Origin: Alphaproteobacteria bacterium
GTDB taxonomy: Bacteria; Pseudomonadota; Alphaproteobacteria; SHVV01
Length of the DNA stretch: 64,000 nucleotides
Assembly: GCA_965261735.1 (NCBI GenBank)
Contig: OZ253470.1
Coordinates: 832,001 to 896,000 of the forward strand
Direction: 5' to 3'
Part shown: positions 33,059-43,263 of the stretch, one piece after another
Layout: every line of letters begins with the position of its first letter
Position numbering within the stretch: position 1 is the first letter of the stretch
The notes under the pieces: model-generated
The model's input: the letters and a program-made list of their open reading frames with translations, nothing else
Told to the model about the DNA's origin: nothing
Database searches by the model: none
Made by a program: the position numbers and the translations under genes

Positions 33059-34452
33059 GGCTGTGTCTCGAAAGTGGTGGAAATTTGAGGATGGCGTAAT
33101 CTCCGGGTGACAAGACAACCACCCAATCGGCGGCTAGCACCGCCAAGGAGATCACGCCATGAAGAACACTACCGAGACTTCCGCGCTTTCGCTACTGGCC
33201 AATGACGCCGGCTATGATCCGCTCGAGGACCGGCTGCGGGAGAACATCAGATCCACGATCGAGGCCGTTTTTGAGGAGGAACTTGCGCAGTTTCTCGGGC
33301 GCTGCCGATACGGTCGAGAGGACGCGCTTCGGCAAGGGTATCGGAACGGGCACCGGGAGCGGCAACTGACGGGGACATTCGGGACCGAGAGGGTGAGCGT
33401 GCCGCGTGCGCGGATCGTTGAGGAAGACGGTCGGGCGTCGGAATGGCGTTCGCGGGCGCTGCCGCGCTACCAGCGGCTGACCAGAAAGGCCGAGGCGCTG
33501 ATCGCTTCGGTGTATCTGTCCGGAACCAACACGCGGCGGGTGAAACGCGCGCTGTTCGGGCTCTTCCGGGGTGCTGTGAGCAAGGACGTTGTGAGCCGGG
33601 CGTGGCGCAAGGTGAAGGTCGATTGGGACGCCTGGTGCAGCCGTGGCCTCGCGGATGAGGATATCGTTCGGCTGATCCTTGACGGCACTGTGATCAAGAC
33701 CCGACTGGACCGCAAGGCCACCAACATCTCGGTTCTCGCGGCTATAGGGGTGCGCCGGGATGGCCAGAAGGTCTTGCTTTCGATCGGGAATATGGGCGGA
33801 GAAAGCCAGGCGGCGTGGCGCCAGTTCCTCGACGACCTTGATGCGCGTGGACTGAAACGGCCCGGGTTTGTCATCGTCGATGGCGCGCCGGGACTGGAGG
33901 CGGCTCTGTCGGCGCTTTGGGGCGATGACCTTCCCGTTCAACGCTGCACCGTGCACAAGCACCGCAACCTTCTGGGTCATGCTCCCAAACACATGCATGA
34001 CGAGCTGAGCGAAGATTACCGCGATATGATCTATGCCGACACTGCCTCCGAGGTGGAAACCCGCCGCAAGGCGTTTGTCCGCAAGTGGCGGCTGAAATGC
34101 AGGGCCGTCGCGGACAGCCTCGCAGAAGCGGGCGACAAGCTCTTTACCTTCACGCGCCTGTCCAAGAGCCAATGGAAATCAGCCCGAACGACCAACGCCA
34201 TTGAGCGTCTCAACGAGGAGTTCAAGCGCCGGATCAAAACACAGACCGTGCTGCCGTGTCCCGAAACAGTGCCGATGCTCCTCTGGGCACTCCTCGCTTC
34301 CGGCCAAATCCAGATGCGCAAAGTCGATGGATGGGAAACCCTCGATCAGCTAATCGCCGACGAAACCCTTGACCGCGCAGCCTGACCGCCGCAAAACTCA
34401 ACCCGCTCGGAGAGGCGCCAAAACCAATTTCCACCACTTTCGAGACACAACC
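33059..34452 (+). mobile_element. IS256-family element nested in IS630, 8-bp TSD CAGCGCCA
   Basis: IR GGCTGTGTCTCGAAAGTGGTGGAAATT / AATTTCCACCACTTTCGAGACACAACC; TSD at 33051-33058 and 34453-34460. Confidence 0.95.
33159..34385 (+). CDS. IS256 transposase
   Basis: GYRNG, LILDG, IVDGAPGL, QRCTVH, TTNAIERLNEEFKRR. Confidence 0.95.
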   Translation: MKNTTETSALSLLANDAGYDPLEDRLRENIRSTIEAVFEEELAQFLGRCRYGREDALRQGYRNGHRERQLTGTFGTERVSVPRARIVEEDGRASEWRSRALPRYQRLTRKAEALIASVYLSGTNTRRVKRALFGLFRGAVSKDVVSRAWRKVKVDWDAWCSRGLADEDIVRLILDGTVIKTRLDRKATNISVLAAIGVRRDGQKVLLSIGNMGGESQAAWRQFLDDLDARGLKRPGFVIVDGAPGLEAALSALWGDDLPVQRCTVHKHRNLLGHAPKHMHDELSEDYRDMIYADTASEVETRRKAFVRKWRLKCRAVADSLAEAGDKLFTFTRLSKSQWKSARTTNAIERLNEEFKRRIKTQTVLPCPETVPMLLWALLASGQIQMRKVDGWETLDQLIADETLDRAA

Positions 34453-34946
34453 CAGCGCCAGACACAGGTCTTGGACTTGCCGGTCTCGGCCATGATCGAC
34501 GAGTTCCCGAGCCCCTCGTCGCTCTTCAGGATGATCCGCGCCCGCCAGACATGTTTCTGCGAGCTCTTCGGGTCCGCGACGATAGCTTGCAATCGCTGAC
34601 GGTCGCCAGACGTGACAGTAAAATGGATGCCGGTGCGCATAGCACAGACTCGCATGACACCGCACAATACGGAATCTCAAATCGGACTCTTTCGTTCCGA
34701 TCAATCCACTAGAGCCGCGGCGAGAGCGCCCTCAGCGGGCCCTCGCGTTGCCGGCCAGTGCCGGCATCCGTGGGCGCCGGACATCGCCGGTGCAAGGAGT
34801 GCGGCCTGCGAGCGCGCTTGACCCTTTTCAACAGTTCGGGCCTGTGATACTCCCGGGCCGACGAGGACCTAACAGTCGGCGTTTGCCGGGGCGCGGCGAA
34901 CGAACATCCGAGACCCCGTTTTCAGTTTCGCCTCGCTAACGACCGG

Positions 34947-35873
34947 TTGATGCAGATCTACCTGCCCATCGCCGAAATGTCCGTCAGCATCTTTCTGGTG
35001 CTGGGAATGGGCGCAGGGGTCGGGTTCCTTTCCGGCATGTTCGGCGTCGGCGGCGGCTTTCTCATGACGCCCCTGCTGATCTTCGTTGGCGTGACGCCGG
35101 CCGTCGCCGTCGCCACCGAAGCCAATCAGGTTGTCGCAGCGTCGGTTTCCGGCGGCATCGCGCATTGGCGGCGCGGCAACGTCGATCTGAAGATGGGCGC
35201 GGTGCTGGTGCTCGGCGGCATCCTGGGCTCGACCGTAGGCGCGCTCATTTTCCGGGCCGTGCGCGAGATCGGCCAGGTCGATCTCCTGATCGCGCTCAGC
35301 TATGTCGTGTTTCTCGGTATCGTCGGCTCGCTCATGCTGAGCGAAAGCGCCACCCGCATCATCCGCACGCTGCGCCAGGCCCGCACCAAGCCGCGCAAGG
35401 CTCACATCCACACCTGGGCGCACGGGCTGCCGCTCAAGATGCGCTTCCACCGCTCCAAGCTCTACATCAGTGCCCTGCTGCCCCTGACGATGGGCTTTCT
35501 GGTCGGCGTGCTGGCCGCGATCATGGGAGTCGGCGGCGGCTTCATCATGGTGCCGGCGATGATCTATATCCTCGGCATGCCGACCGTCGTCGCCGTCGGT
35601 ACATCGCTCTTTCAGATCATCTTCGTCACCGCCAACGTGACCTTCCTGCACGCCCTCACCAACCACACGGTCGACGTCCTGTTGGCGCTGCTGCTGCTCG
35701 TCGGCGCCGTCGTCGGCGCCCAGATCGGCGCCAACGTTGGCGTGCGCCTGCGCGGCGAACAGTTGCGCGCCCTGCTCGCGCTCTTGGTGCTCGGCGTGTG
35801 CGCGGGGCTCGTGTACAGCCTCGTCGTGACGCCGCCCGACCCCTACTCCGTCAATCCGCTGTTCACCGGATGA
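34947..35873 (+). CDS. TauE/SafE (TSUP) sulfite exporter family protein
   Basis: MQIYLPIAE..GMFGVGGGFLMTP; second repeat IMGVGGGFIMVP. Confidence 0.92.
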   Translation: MMQIYLPIAEMSVSIFLVLGMGAGVGFLSGMFGVGGGFLMTPLLIFVGVTPAVAVATEANQVVAASVSGGIAHWRRGNVDLKMGAVLVLGGILGSTVGALIFRAVREIGQVDLLIALSYVVFLGIVGSLMLSESATRIIRTLRQARTKPRKAHIHTWAHGLPLKMRFHRSKLYISALLPLTMGFLVGVLAAIMGVGGGFIMVPAMIYILGMPTVVAVGTSLFQIIFVTANVTFLHALTNHTVDVLLALLLLVGAVVGAQIGANVGVRLRGEQLRALLALLVLGVCAGLVYSLVVTPPDPYSVNPLFTG

Positions 35874-36631
35874 GTAGCCGCCCGCCGTCACCAGCTGCCC
35901 TCGGGCTCGCGCTGGCCGCGCTCGGACTGCTGGCGACGCCCGCCGCGGCCCAGGGCGAGTCCCTGGTCGCGGACCTGTCCTCGCACCTCATCAACATCAC
36001 CTCGAGTTACACCGGCGCCGAGCTCGTGCTGTTCGGCTCATCGACCGGCGAAGGCGAGATTGCGGTGGTCGTGCGCGGACCGCCGCAGCCCCAGGTCGTG
36101 CGTCGCAAGACCCGCTTCCTCGGCATCTGGATCAACAGCGCCGCGGTCACGTTTACGAACGCGCCGGGGTTCTACGCCGTCGCGGCAACGCGACCGCTCG
36201 CCGACTTTGCGCCACCCGCGCTGTTGGCGCACTACGGCATCGGCGCGGAGAACTTGCGCCTTGAGACCGCCACACCGTTGAGCGCGGAGAAGTTGCGAGT
36301 CTATCGCGAGGCCCTGGTTCGCAATCGGCGCCGGGCGCAGCTGTTCAGCGGGACGCTCGGCAAGGTCGAGATCTTGGGCGACCGCCTGTTCCGCACCAAC
36401 ATCGAGATTCCAGCCAACGCGCCGGTCGGTACCTACGCGGCCGACTTCTATCTCATTCGCGGCGAGCAGGTCATTGCCCAACAATCGCGGCCGATGACCA
36501 TCACCAAGGTCGGCCTCGAACGAGCGGTGTTCGACTTCGCCAACCAGCGACCCGCAGCGTACGGTGTGGTCGCGGTGCTGCTGGCGATCCTGGGCGGCTG
36601 GCTCGCCGCTGTCTCCTTCCGCAGGACTTGA
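35870..36631 (+). CDS. TIGR02186-family membrane protein
   Basis: LVADLS..ITSSYTGAELVLFG, VRRK..GIWIN; usual partner of this TauE clade. Confidence 0.88.
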   Translation: MSSRPPSPAALGLALAALGLLATPAAAQGESLVADLSSHLINITSSYTGAELVLFGSSTGEGEIAVVVRGPPQPQVVRRKTRFLGIWINSAAVTFTNAPGFYAVAATRPLADFAPPALLAHYGIGAENLRLETATPLSAEKLRVYREALVRNRRRAQLFSGTLGKVEILGDRLFRTNIEIPANAPVGTYAADFYLIRGEQVIAQQSRPMTITKVGLERAVFDFANQRPAAYGVVAVLLAILGGWLAAVSFRRT

Positions 36632-36654
36632 GCGGTGGCCGCCGAGAGCCGGGC

Positions 36655-36879
36655 CTACCCGGCCTTGCGGATGCGAAAGCTGAAGATGCCCGCCGCCTCT
36701 TCGCAAGCCACGAGCTGATGGCCCGCGGCCTCGCAGAAGGCCGCGAAGTCCGGGACGCTGGCCGGGTCGGTCGCGACAACCTCGAGAATTTCGCCCGGCG
36801 CAACGCTCTTGATCGCCTTGCGTGCGCGTAGCACGGGGAGCGGACAAGCGAGCCCGGTGGCATCGACCGTGTGGGCCAT
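36655..36879 (-). CDS. tusA: Sulfur carrier protein TusA family
   Basis: DATGLACPLPVLRA..VATDP. Confidence 0.88.
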   Translation of the reverse strand: MAHTVDATGLACPLPVLRARKAIKSVAPGEILEVVATDPASVPDFAAFCEAAGHQLVACEEAAGIFSFRIRKAG

Positions 36880-37020
36880 GAGACCTCCCGTGCATGCGCC
36901 CCGCCACCCTACCACGGCGACGCAACTAAGGGCGCGCGCACGACAAAGTGATTCGCCTCGACGCGCGCGCGCCCTTAGTTGGGCGGAAATGGCAGTCACT
37001 TCCCAGGGCTGGAGGCCGCC

Positions 37021-37764
37021 ATGGCGGTAGCCGAGATCTCCTATGTCGCGGCGGCGGCGGCGGGGGCCATCAGCTTTCTGTCTCCCTGCGTGCTGCCGAT
37101 CGTCCCCGGCTATCTCTGCTTCGTGGCCGGAACCTCGCTCGACCGGCTGACGGACGAGGAGGTGGAGGACCGGGCACTGAACCGGCGCGTCGTGTCATCG
37201 GCGTTCGCCTTCGTGCTCGGCTTCTCGGTCGTGTTCATTGCCATGGGCGCGTCCGCCTCGGCCATCAACGCGCTCCTATTCAACAACATTGGCATCATCA
37301 GCAAGATCGCCGGCGCGGTCATCATCCTGTTCGGCATTCACTATATGGGGCTGCTGCGCATCCGCTGGCTCGACCGCGAGTTCCGCTTCAACCCGGAGCG
37401 CGCACCGATCGGCCTCACCGGCGCCTTTCTCGTCGGCCTCGCCTTCGCTTTTGGGTGGACGCCGTGCATCGGGCCGATGCTGGCCACGATCCTGACGCTG
37501 GCCGCGGCCAACGACTCGCTCGGCTATGGCGTCTCTCTGCTCGGCACCTACGCGCTCGGTCTCGGCATCCCCTTCGTCGCGGCGGCGTTCGCGGTGCGGC
37601 CCTTCATGGCTTTTCTCGTGCGCTTTCGCCGCCACCTGCGCCGGGTCGAGATCGCCGCCGGCGGCTTGCTCGTCGCCACCGGCGCGCTCATCTTCACGGG
37701 CTCGCTGTCGCGGCTCAGCTACCTCATGCTGGATGCCTTCCCGGCACTCGGCACCATCGGCTGA
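37021..37764 (+). CDS. ccdA: Cytochrome c biogenesis protein CcdA
   Basis: SFLSPCVLP, FGWTPCIGP. Confidence 0.92.
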   Translation: MAVAEISYVAAAAAGAISFLSPCVLPIVPGYLCFVAGTSLDRLTDEEVEDRALNRRVVSSAFAFVLGFSVVFIAMGASASAINALLFNNIGIISKIAGAVIILFGIHYMGLLRIRWLDREFRFNPERAPIGLTGAFLVGLAFAFGWTPCIGPMLATILTLAAANDSLGYGVSLLGTYALGLGIPFVAAAFAVRPFMAFLVRFRRHLRRVEIAAGGLLVATGALIFTGSLSRLSYLMLDAFPALGTIG

Positions 37765-37927
37765 GACCGCGCCCGGTGCGGCCAATCCGCGGCGGCCTAA
37801 CCGACATCGCCTGCACCCTCCTGACCCGATGCACGGGGCGCCCAGGCTGCCGTTCTGATCCATGTTAAGGCGCCGCCACCTCAGGCGCTTAGTCTCCTTT
37901 CTTGCCTTCGTGAAAGAGGATACGGAA

Positions 37928-38410
37928 ATGAGGCGGGCGGTATTCATTGGGCTCCCTGCCGCCGTGGTGGCTGCAGTGGTAATCGCCGGCGCGCCGGGGG
38001 TCGGCGTCGGGCATTCGGCGCTGGCCCATGGTGTGGTTGTCGGGCCGGGCTCCGGTCAATCGGGCGTCCCGATGATGGGCCAGGGCATGGGTCACGGCAT
38101 GATGGGCCAAGGCATGGGTCACGGTATGATGGGCCAGGGCATCGGGCACGGTATGATGGGCGGCGGCAACATGCCTGGCGGGCAGGGCACAACCGGACGT
38201 GTGACGCCGGACGTGCATGTGACGGTTGAGGACGCGCGCCACTTCTTCGGCCACCAGCTGACGGCGTGGGGCAACCAGCGTCTCAAGCTCGGCAAGGTCG
38301 GGGAGAAGGACGAGGACACGACCACCGCCGATATCGTCACGCTCGACGATTCCCTGGTTCAGCGTTACGCGATCGATCGCCACACTGGCGTGGTGCGCGC
38401 CGCCAACTAG
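37928..38410 (+). CDS. Exported Met/His/Gly-repeat protein
   Basis: Signal peptide, (MMGQGMGHG)x3, C-terminal GNQRLKLG..ADIVT..SLVQRY.IDRHTG. Confidence 0.75.
   Translation: MRRAVFIGLPAAVVAAVVIAGAPGVGVGHSALAHGVVVGPGSGQSGVPMMGQGMGHGMMGQGMGHGMMGQGIGHGMMGGGNMPGGQGTTGRVTPDVHVTVEDARHFFGHQLTAWGNQRLKLGKVGEKDEDTTTADIVTLDDSLVQRYAIDRHTGVVRAAN
38072..38161 (+). repeat. 27-bp tandem repeat, about 3.3 copies
   Basis: ATGATGGGCCAGGGCATGGGTCACGGC-like units at 38072, 38099 and 38126. Confidence 0.9.
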
Positions 38411-38436
38411 GCGCCCGCAGTCGGCCGCGCCGCCGG

Positions 38437-40035
38437 TCAGGCCAGGTACGCGCTCACGTCGACCTCATCGATCTGCTCCGGGAGCAGGAAGCGCTCGGCG
38501 TAGGCCTTATGGACCCCGGCCTCGAGGAAGAGACGAAAGAGGTCGCGGTCGATGTGCCCGGTCGCGCTCATATGGTGCAGGATGGCGAGCGATTCGCTGA
38601 GCGATTTCGCTTGCTTGTAGGGGCGGTCGGCCGCGATCAACGCCTCGAAGATGTCGGCGATGGCCATCATGCGCGCCGGCAGCGACATCTGATCGGCGTT
38701 GAGGCCGCGCGGGTAGCCGCCGCCGTCCATGCGCTCGTGATGGCCGCCGGCATATTCCGGCACGCGGCGTAGGTGGGGCGGGAACGGGAGCTGCTCCAGC
38801 ATCTTGATGGTCATCACGACGTGGTTGTTGATGACCTCGCGCTCTTCGGCGGTAAGGGTGCCGCGCCCGATGCTGAGGTTGTGGACCTCGTCCTCGGTGA
38901 GGACCGGCCCCTCGTCGCCGCCGCGCCGCCACCGCCGGGTGGCGATACGCTCGATGCGCAAGACGTCGTCGGGAGCCGTGAACTCGGCACCGATATTGCT
39001 CTTTTCGATAAACGCGAGGTCCTCGGCCAGGCTCTCCTTTTCGGCGGCAAGCGCGGCCTCGAGCCCGGCCCGATCCGCGCCACCTTCGCCGTGGGCCTCG
39101 AGGTAGCTGATCTCGGCGTCGCGCTCGAGGACCTCGAAACGGGCGCCGATCGTTTCGATACGATCGTAGATGGTCTCGAGCTTGGTCGCCTTGTCGACGA
39201 CATATTCCGGCGTCGTGACCTTGCCGCAGTCGTGCAGCTACCCGGCGATATGAAGCTCGTACAACTCCGCCTCCGACAGATCGAAGGCCGCGAAGGGACC
39301 GCTGGTGGCCCGGCAGGCGGCCGCGGCGAGCATCTCGGTTAGCACTGGAACACGCTGGCAGTGCCCGCCGGTATAGGGCGACTTCTCGTCGATCGCCGCG
39401 GCGATCAATTGAATGAAGGATTCGAGCAGGTTCTTCTGGGCCTCGAGCAGCATTTGGTTGTCCAGCGCCACCGCCGCCTGTGAAGCGAGCGCCTCGACGA
39501 GGGGCTGGACCTCGGCATCGAAGGCGACGACCTCGCCGGTGTCGCGATCGAGCGCGTTGATGAGCTGCAGGACGCCGATCACCTCGCCCGCGTAGTTCTG
39601 CAGGGGCACGGGGAGGAAGGAGGTCGAGCGGTAGCCGGTGCGGGCGTCGAAGGCCTGGGTGCCACTGAAGTCGAAATCGGCGGCCGTGTAGGCATCGGCG
39701 ATATTGACCGTCCTCTTGCGCAACGCGGCGTGGGTGGCGACGTTGCGCTCGTTGGGCGCGCCCGCCGCGTCGTAGAGCGCGAGCGCGGGAAAGGCGATGG
39801 CCTCGCCGCTTGCACCGCCGAGGGCAATGCCGAGGCTGTCGCTGCGCACGATCTCGAAGGCCAGCCGGTCGTCCCCGGTGCGCAGGTAGAGCGTGCCACC
39901 GTCGGCGTCGCACAGGGCCTGCGCCTCCACCAGGATGCGCTCCATCAGGCGCGCGTGGTCGCGCTCCGCCGACAGCGCGATACCGACTTCGATGAGTTTG
40001 GCGAGCCGCGCCGCGTCCCGCTCCTGCGCCAGCAT
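38437..40035 (-). pseudogene. GAF/HD-GYP phosphodiesterase with nonsense codon at 39238-39240
   Basis: HIAG*LHDCGK (TAG where Trp is expected), in frame with HHERMDGGGYP and DRPYK. Confidence 0.88.
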
Positions 40036-40060
40036 GTCTCCCTCCCACATAGCGACCTAG

Positions 40061-41937
40061 CAGGCTGCTGAAAAAGTCATCATTGCCGGGCCTTGAACTC
40101 GGATTCATCGCCGAAATGAAATGAGATTTCGTGTCTTAGGGTGAAACCGTCTTCAATCTCGACCGATCCGATGCCCTGGGCTTCGTCCAGTTCGATGATC
40201 TGCCACTTTGCGGTCAGCGGCGTGCCGGCATCGCCCGTCATGTTGGCGCCTCCGCCAGCAGTCTGGGTAGTCGGACGAGGTTGTAGGCGGCCAAGGCCAG
40301 GGTGAACGAAGCGTCGACCCGGTGGCGGCCCCGGAATTTGGTCTTGCTCAATCCCGCGCTCGTCTTGACCCAGCCGAAGACCTCCTCGATGCGCTTGCGG
40401 CAACGTTGGCTGACGCCGTAACCGGGATGGCGCGTCGTGCGCCCGTCTATCTTGGTCTTGCGCCGCTTGCCGGTCTTGGTGACGTGGTCCTGGACGGCGA
40501 TATGGGGGGTCACCTTGCGGTGCCGCAGTTCCTCGACAAAATCCGCGACGTCAAAACCCTTGTCCCCGCCCACCGTGATCCGACGCCGCCCGCCTCTACT
40601 CTCCACCGGGCGATGCCTGTCGATCAGATCAAGGGCGGCTTCGCGTTCCGCCGTGCCCGACGCAATGGTCACGCCGCCGCCGACTGCCAGACCATGGCGG
40701 TTCTCCGTCAGCGCATGGCCCATGTAACACAGCTTGCTTTCCCGGCCATTACCCTTGCGATAAAGCCGGGCGTCCGGATCAGTGGTGCTTGCATGGGTCG
40801 CGTTCGAGCGTTTCTCGCCATGAAAATCCCGCGCGGCGTTGCGCCCCGATCCCCCGTCGCCATCGTCCTCACCTTTGGGACGAAAGCTCTTCATCGACGC
40901 CCAGGCCTCGATCAATGTTCCGTCTACCGAAAAATGATCCCGGCTCAATAGTCCCCTGCGCCGCGTTAGTTTGGCGAAGAAGCCCTCGACGGCATTGAGC
41001 CACGAGCACGAGGTTGGCGTGAAGTGGAAGGTCCAGCGTGGATGGCGGGCGAGCCAGGCGCGGACCTTGTCCTTCTTGTGCGCGGCGTAGTTGTCGAGGA
41101 TGACGTGGACGGCCTTGTCCGTCGGCACCTCGCGCTCGATGCGGTTGAGGAAGCGGATGAACTCCTGATGGCGGTGGCGCTGCATGTTCTGTGCGATGAC
41201 CGTACCGTCCAGCACGTTGAGCGCGGCGAACAGCGTCGTCGTGCCATGCCGTTTGTAATCATAGGTCATCGTACCGGCGCGGCCCTTCTTCATCGGCAAG
41301 CCGGGTTGGGTGCGGTCGAGCGCCTGGATCTGTGATTTCTCATCAACCGACAGCACCACGGCATGGGCCGGCGGATCGACATACAAGCCGACGATATCTG
41401 TGAGCTTCTCGGCGAAGGCGGGATCATTGGAGAGCTTGAAGTGCCGCCAGCGGTGCGGGCTGAGGCCATGGGCCTTCCAGATCGCTTGGACCGTCGACGC
41501 CGCGACGCCAGCAACCTTCGCCATCGCGCGCAGCGTCCAGTGGGTCGCCTCGTGCGGCGGCGCTTGCTGGGTCAGGCGGACGATCTCGGCGACGCGCTCC
41601 GGCGGGATCGGCGCTTTGCCAGGCGGACGGGACCTGTCGCGAAGCAAGCCGTTGACACCCTCGTGCATGAACCGCTCCTGCCAGCGCCAGACACAGGTCT
41701 TGGACTTGCCGGTCTCGGCCATGATCGACGAGTTCCCGAGCCCCTCGTCGCTCTTCAGGATGATCCGCGCCCGCCAGACATGTTTCTGCGAGCTCTTCGG
41801 GTCCGCGACGATAGCTTGCAATCGCTGACGGTCGCCAGACGTGACAGTAAAATGGATGCCGGTGCGCATAGCACAGACTCGCATGACACCGCACAATACG
41901 GAATCTCAAATCGGACTCTTTCGTTCCGATCAATCCA
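40061..41937 (-). mobile_element. Chimeric IS630/IS5-type element bounded by CTAG
   Basis: IS630 end ATCAATCCA|CTAG at 41938; IS5-type end CTAG|CAGGCTGCTGAAAAAG at 40057; junction near 40955. Confidence 0.85.
40238..41869 (-). CDS. In-frame IS630-IS5 hybrid transposase
   Basis: IS630 sequence up to FFAKLTRRR, then GLLSRDHFSVDGTLIEAWAS..GDKGF..RKRIEEVFGW. Confidence 0.85.
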   Translation of the reverse strand: MRTGIHFTVTSGDRQRLQAIVADPKSSQKHVWRARIILKSDEGLGNSSIMAETGKSKTCVWRWQERFMHEGVNGLLRDRSRPPGKAPIPPERVAEIVRLTQQAPPHEATHWTLRAMAKVAGVAASTVQAIWKAHGLSPHRWRHFKLSNDPAFAEKLTDIVGLYVDPPAHAVVLSVDEKSQIQALDRTQPGLPMKKGRAGTMTYDYKRHGTTTLFAALNVLDGTVIAQNMQRHRHQEFIRFLNRIEREVPTDKAVHVILDNYAAHKKDKVRAWLARHPRWTFHFTPTSCSWLNAVEGFFAKLTRRRGLLSRDHFSVDGTLIEAWASMKSFRPKGEDDGDGGSGRNAARDFHGEKRSNATHASTTDPDARLYRKGNGRESKLCYMGHALTENRHGLAVGGGVTIASGTAEREAALDLIDRHRPVESRGGRRRITVGGDKGFDVADFVEELRHRKVTPHIAVQDHVTKTGKRRKTKIDGRTTRHPGYGVSQRCRKRIEEVFGWVKTSAGLSKTKFRGRHRVDASFTLALAAYNLVRLPRLLAEAPT

Positions 41938-42065
41938 CTAGCTCCTCGCGGGCGCGAGCATAGCAACGGCCCAGGTATCGCGCGAGATGAAGGGCGGGCC
42001 GGGTGTGGCGCTTGACCCTGACTCGCGTGAAGATAGGATCGCACGACCACTGAGGGGAGGCCGAC

Positions 42066-43247
42066 ATGGGCGCGCCACGCAAGGAAATCCGGGTCGAGGG
42101 GCTGACTCCCCCGTATAGCCATTACACCGACGCCGTCCAGTGCGGCGACTTCCTGCTTCTCTCCGGTGCGGTCAGCGTCGACGGCGAAGGCACTCTCGTC
42201 GGTGCGGGCGACGCGGCCGCCCAGACGCGCGCCATCTGCGCCAGCATCGAGCAGATCCTCGCGGCCGGCGGCATGGCGGTGGCCGATATCGTTTACTGGC
42301 GCGCCCTGCTGACTGACGTGGCTGAGCGCGAGCGTGTCGACTCGGTGCGCCGCGAGTTCCTCGGCGAGACGCGGCCGGCGAGCACGCTGTTCGGGGTGCG
42401 CGGCCTGGTCGATCCCGGGCTGTTGGTGGAAATCGAGACCGTGGCTTATCGCCCGCAAGCAGGATCGCCGCGCGAGGAGGTCCGCGCCGCCGGCATGTAC
42501 GAACCCTTCGGCCACGCCGCCCACGCCGTGCGCACGGGCGATTTCCTGTGGATTTCCGGGCAGGGCCCGTTCGATGCGGACGGGGCGCTCGTGGGCGCCG
42601 GCGACATAGCCCAACAGGCGCGCCAGACGCTCGCCAACATGGAGCGCGTACTCGGCGCCGCCGGCATGGACTTCGAGGACGTGGCCAAGGTCGTGGTCTA
42701 CCTCGCGAACCCCGACGACCACGCCCTCATCAACCCGGTGCGCAAGGAGTTCTTCGGCCCCCACATGCCGGTGAGCACGCTGTTCGGCGTCCATTCCCTC
42801 CCTGCCGGTATTGGCATCGAAATCGAGGCGGTGGCCTACAAGCCGAGCGCCGGGGCGCCGCCGCGCGAGGAGATCAACGTCCCCATCCAGGACCCGCCGC
42901 TGAGCCATTACACCGACGGCGTGCGCTGCGGCGACCTTTTGTTCCTATCGGGGCAGGGGCCGTTCGACGTGAGCTTCAACCTCGCGGGCGGCGACGACGT
43001 CGCGGCTCAGGCCGTCAAGGTGCACGAGAACCTGGGCGCGGTGCTGGCGGCGGCCGGCATGGGCTTCGAGGACATGGCCAAGGTCACCGTCTATCTCTCG
43101 GACGTGGCCGAACGGCCGCTCATCAACCCGGTGCGCGAACGCTTCTTTGGCGCGCACAAACCGGCCAGCACCCTGTTCGGCGTCGGCCGGCTGGCGCTCC
43201 CTCGCATGCGTATCGAAATCGACGCCACCGCCTACCGGCCGCGCTAA
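42066..43247 (+). CDS. Protein of three tandem Rid/YjgF/UK114 domains
   Basis: Three ~130-aa repeats, each with H..AV/GV..GD...SG, P(A/V)STLFGV and EI(E/D). Confidence 0.9.
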   Translation: MGAPRKEIRVEGLTPPYSHYTDAVQCGDFLLLSGAVSVDGEGTLVGAGDAAAQTRAICASIEQILAAGGMAVADIVYWRALLTDVAERERVDSVRREFLGETRPASTLFGVRGLVDPGLLVEIETVAYRPQAGSPREEVRAAGMYEPFGHAAHAVRTGDFLWISGQGPFDADGALVGAGDIAQQARQTLANMERVLGAAGMDFEDVAKVVVYLANPDDHALINPVRKEFFGPHMPVSTLFGVHSLPAGIGIEIEAVAYKPSAGAPPREEINVPIQDPPLSHYTDGVRCGDLLFLSGQGPFDVSFNLAGGDDVAAQAVKVHENLGAVLAAAGMGFEDMAKVTVYLSDVAERPLINPVRERFFGAHKPASTLFGVGRLALPRMRIEIDATAYRPR

Positions 43248-43263
43248 CCGATAGGCCGCGCGG

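Larger units (their letters stand above)
32160..34708 (-). mobile_element. IS630-family element inserted at CTAG, interrupted by IS256
   Basis: CTAG|TGGATTGAT ... ATCAATCCA|CTAG; transposase motifs SVDEKSQIQAL, ILDNY, WLNAVE; frame split at 33059-34460. Confidence 0.92.
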
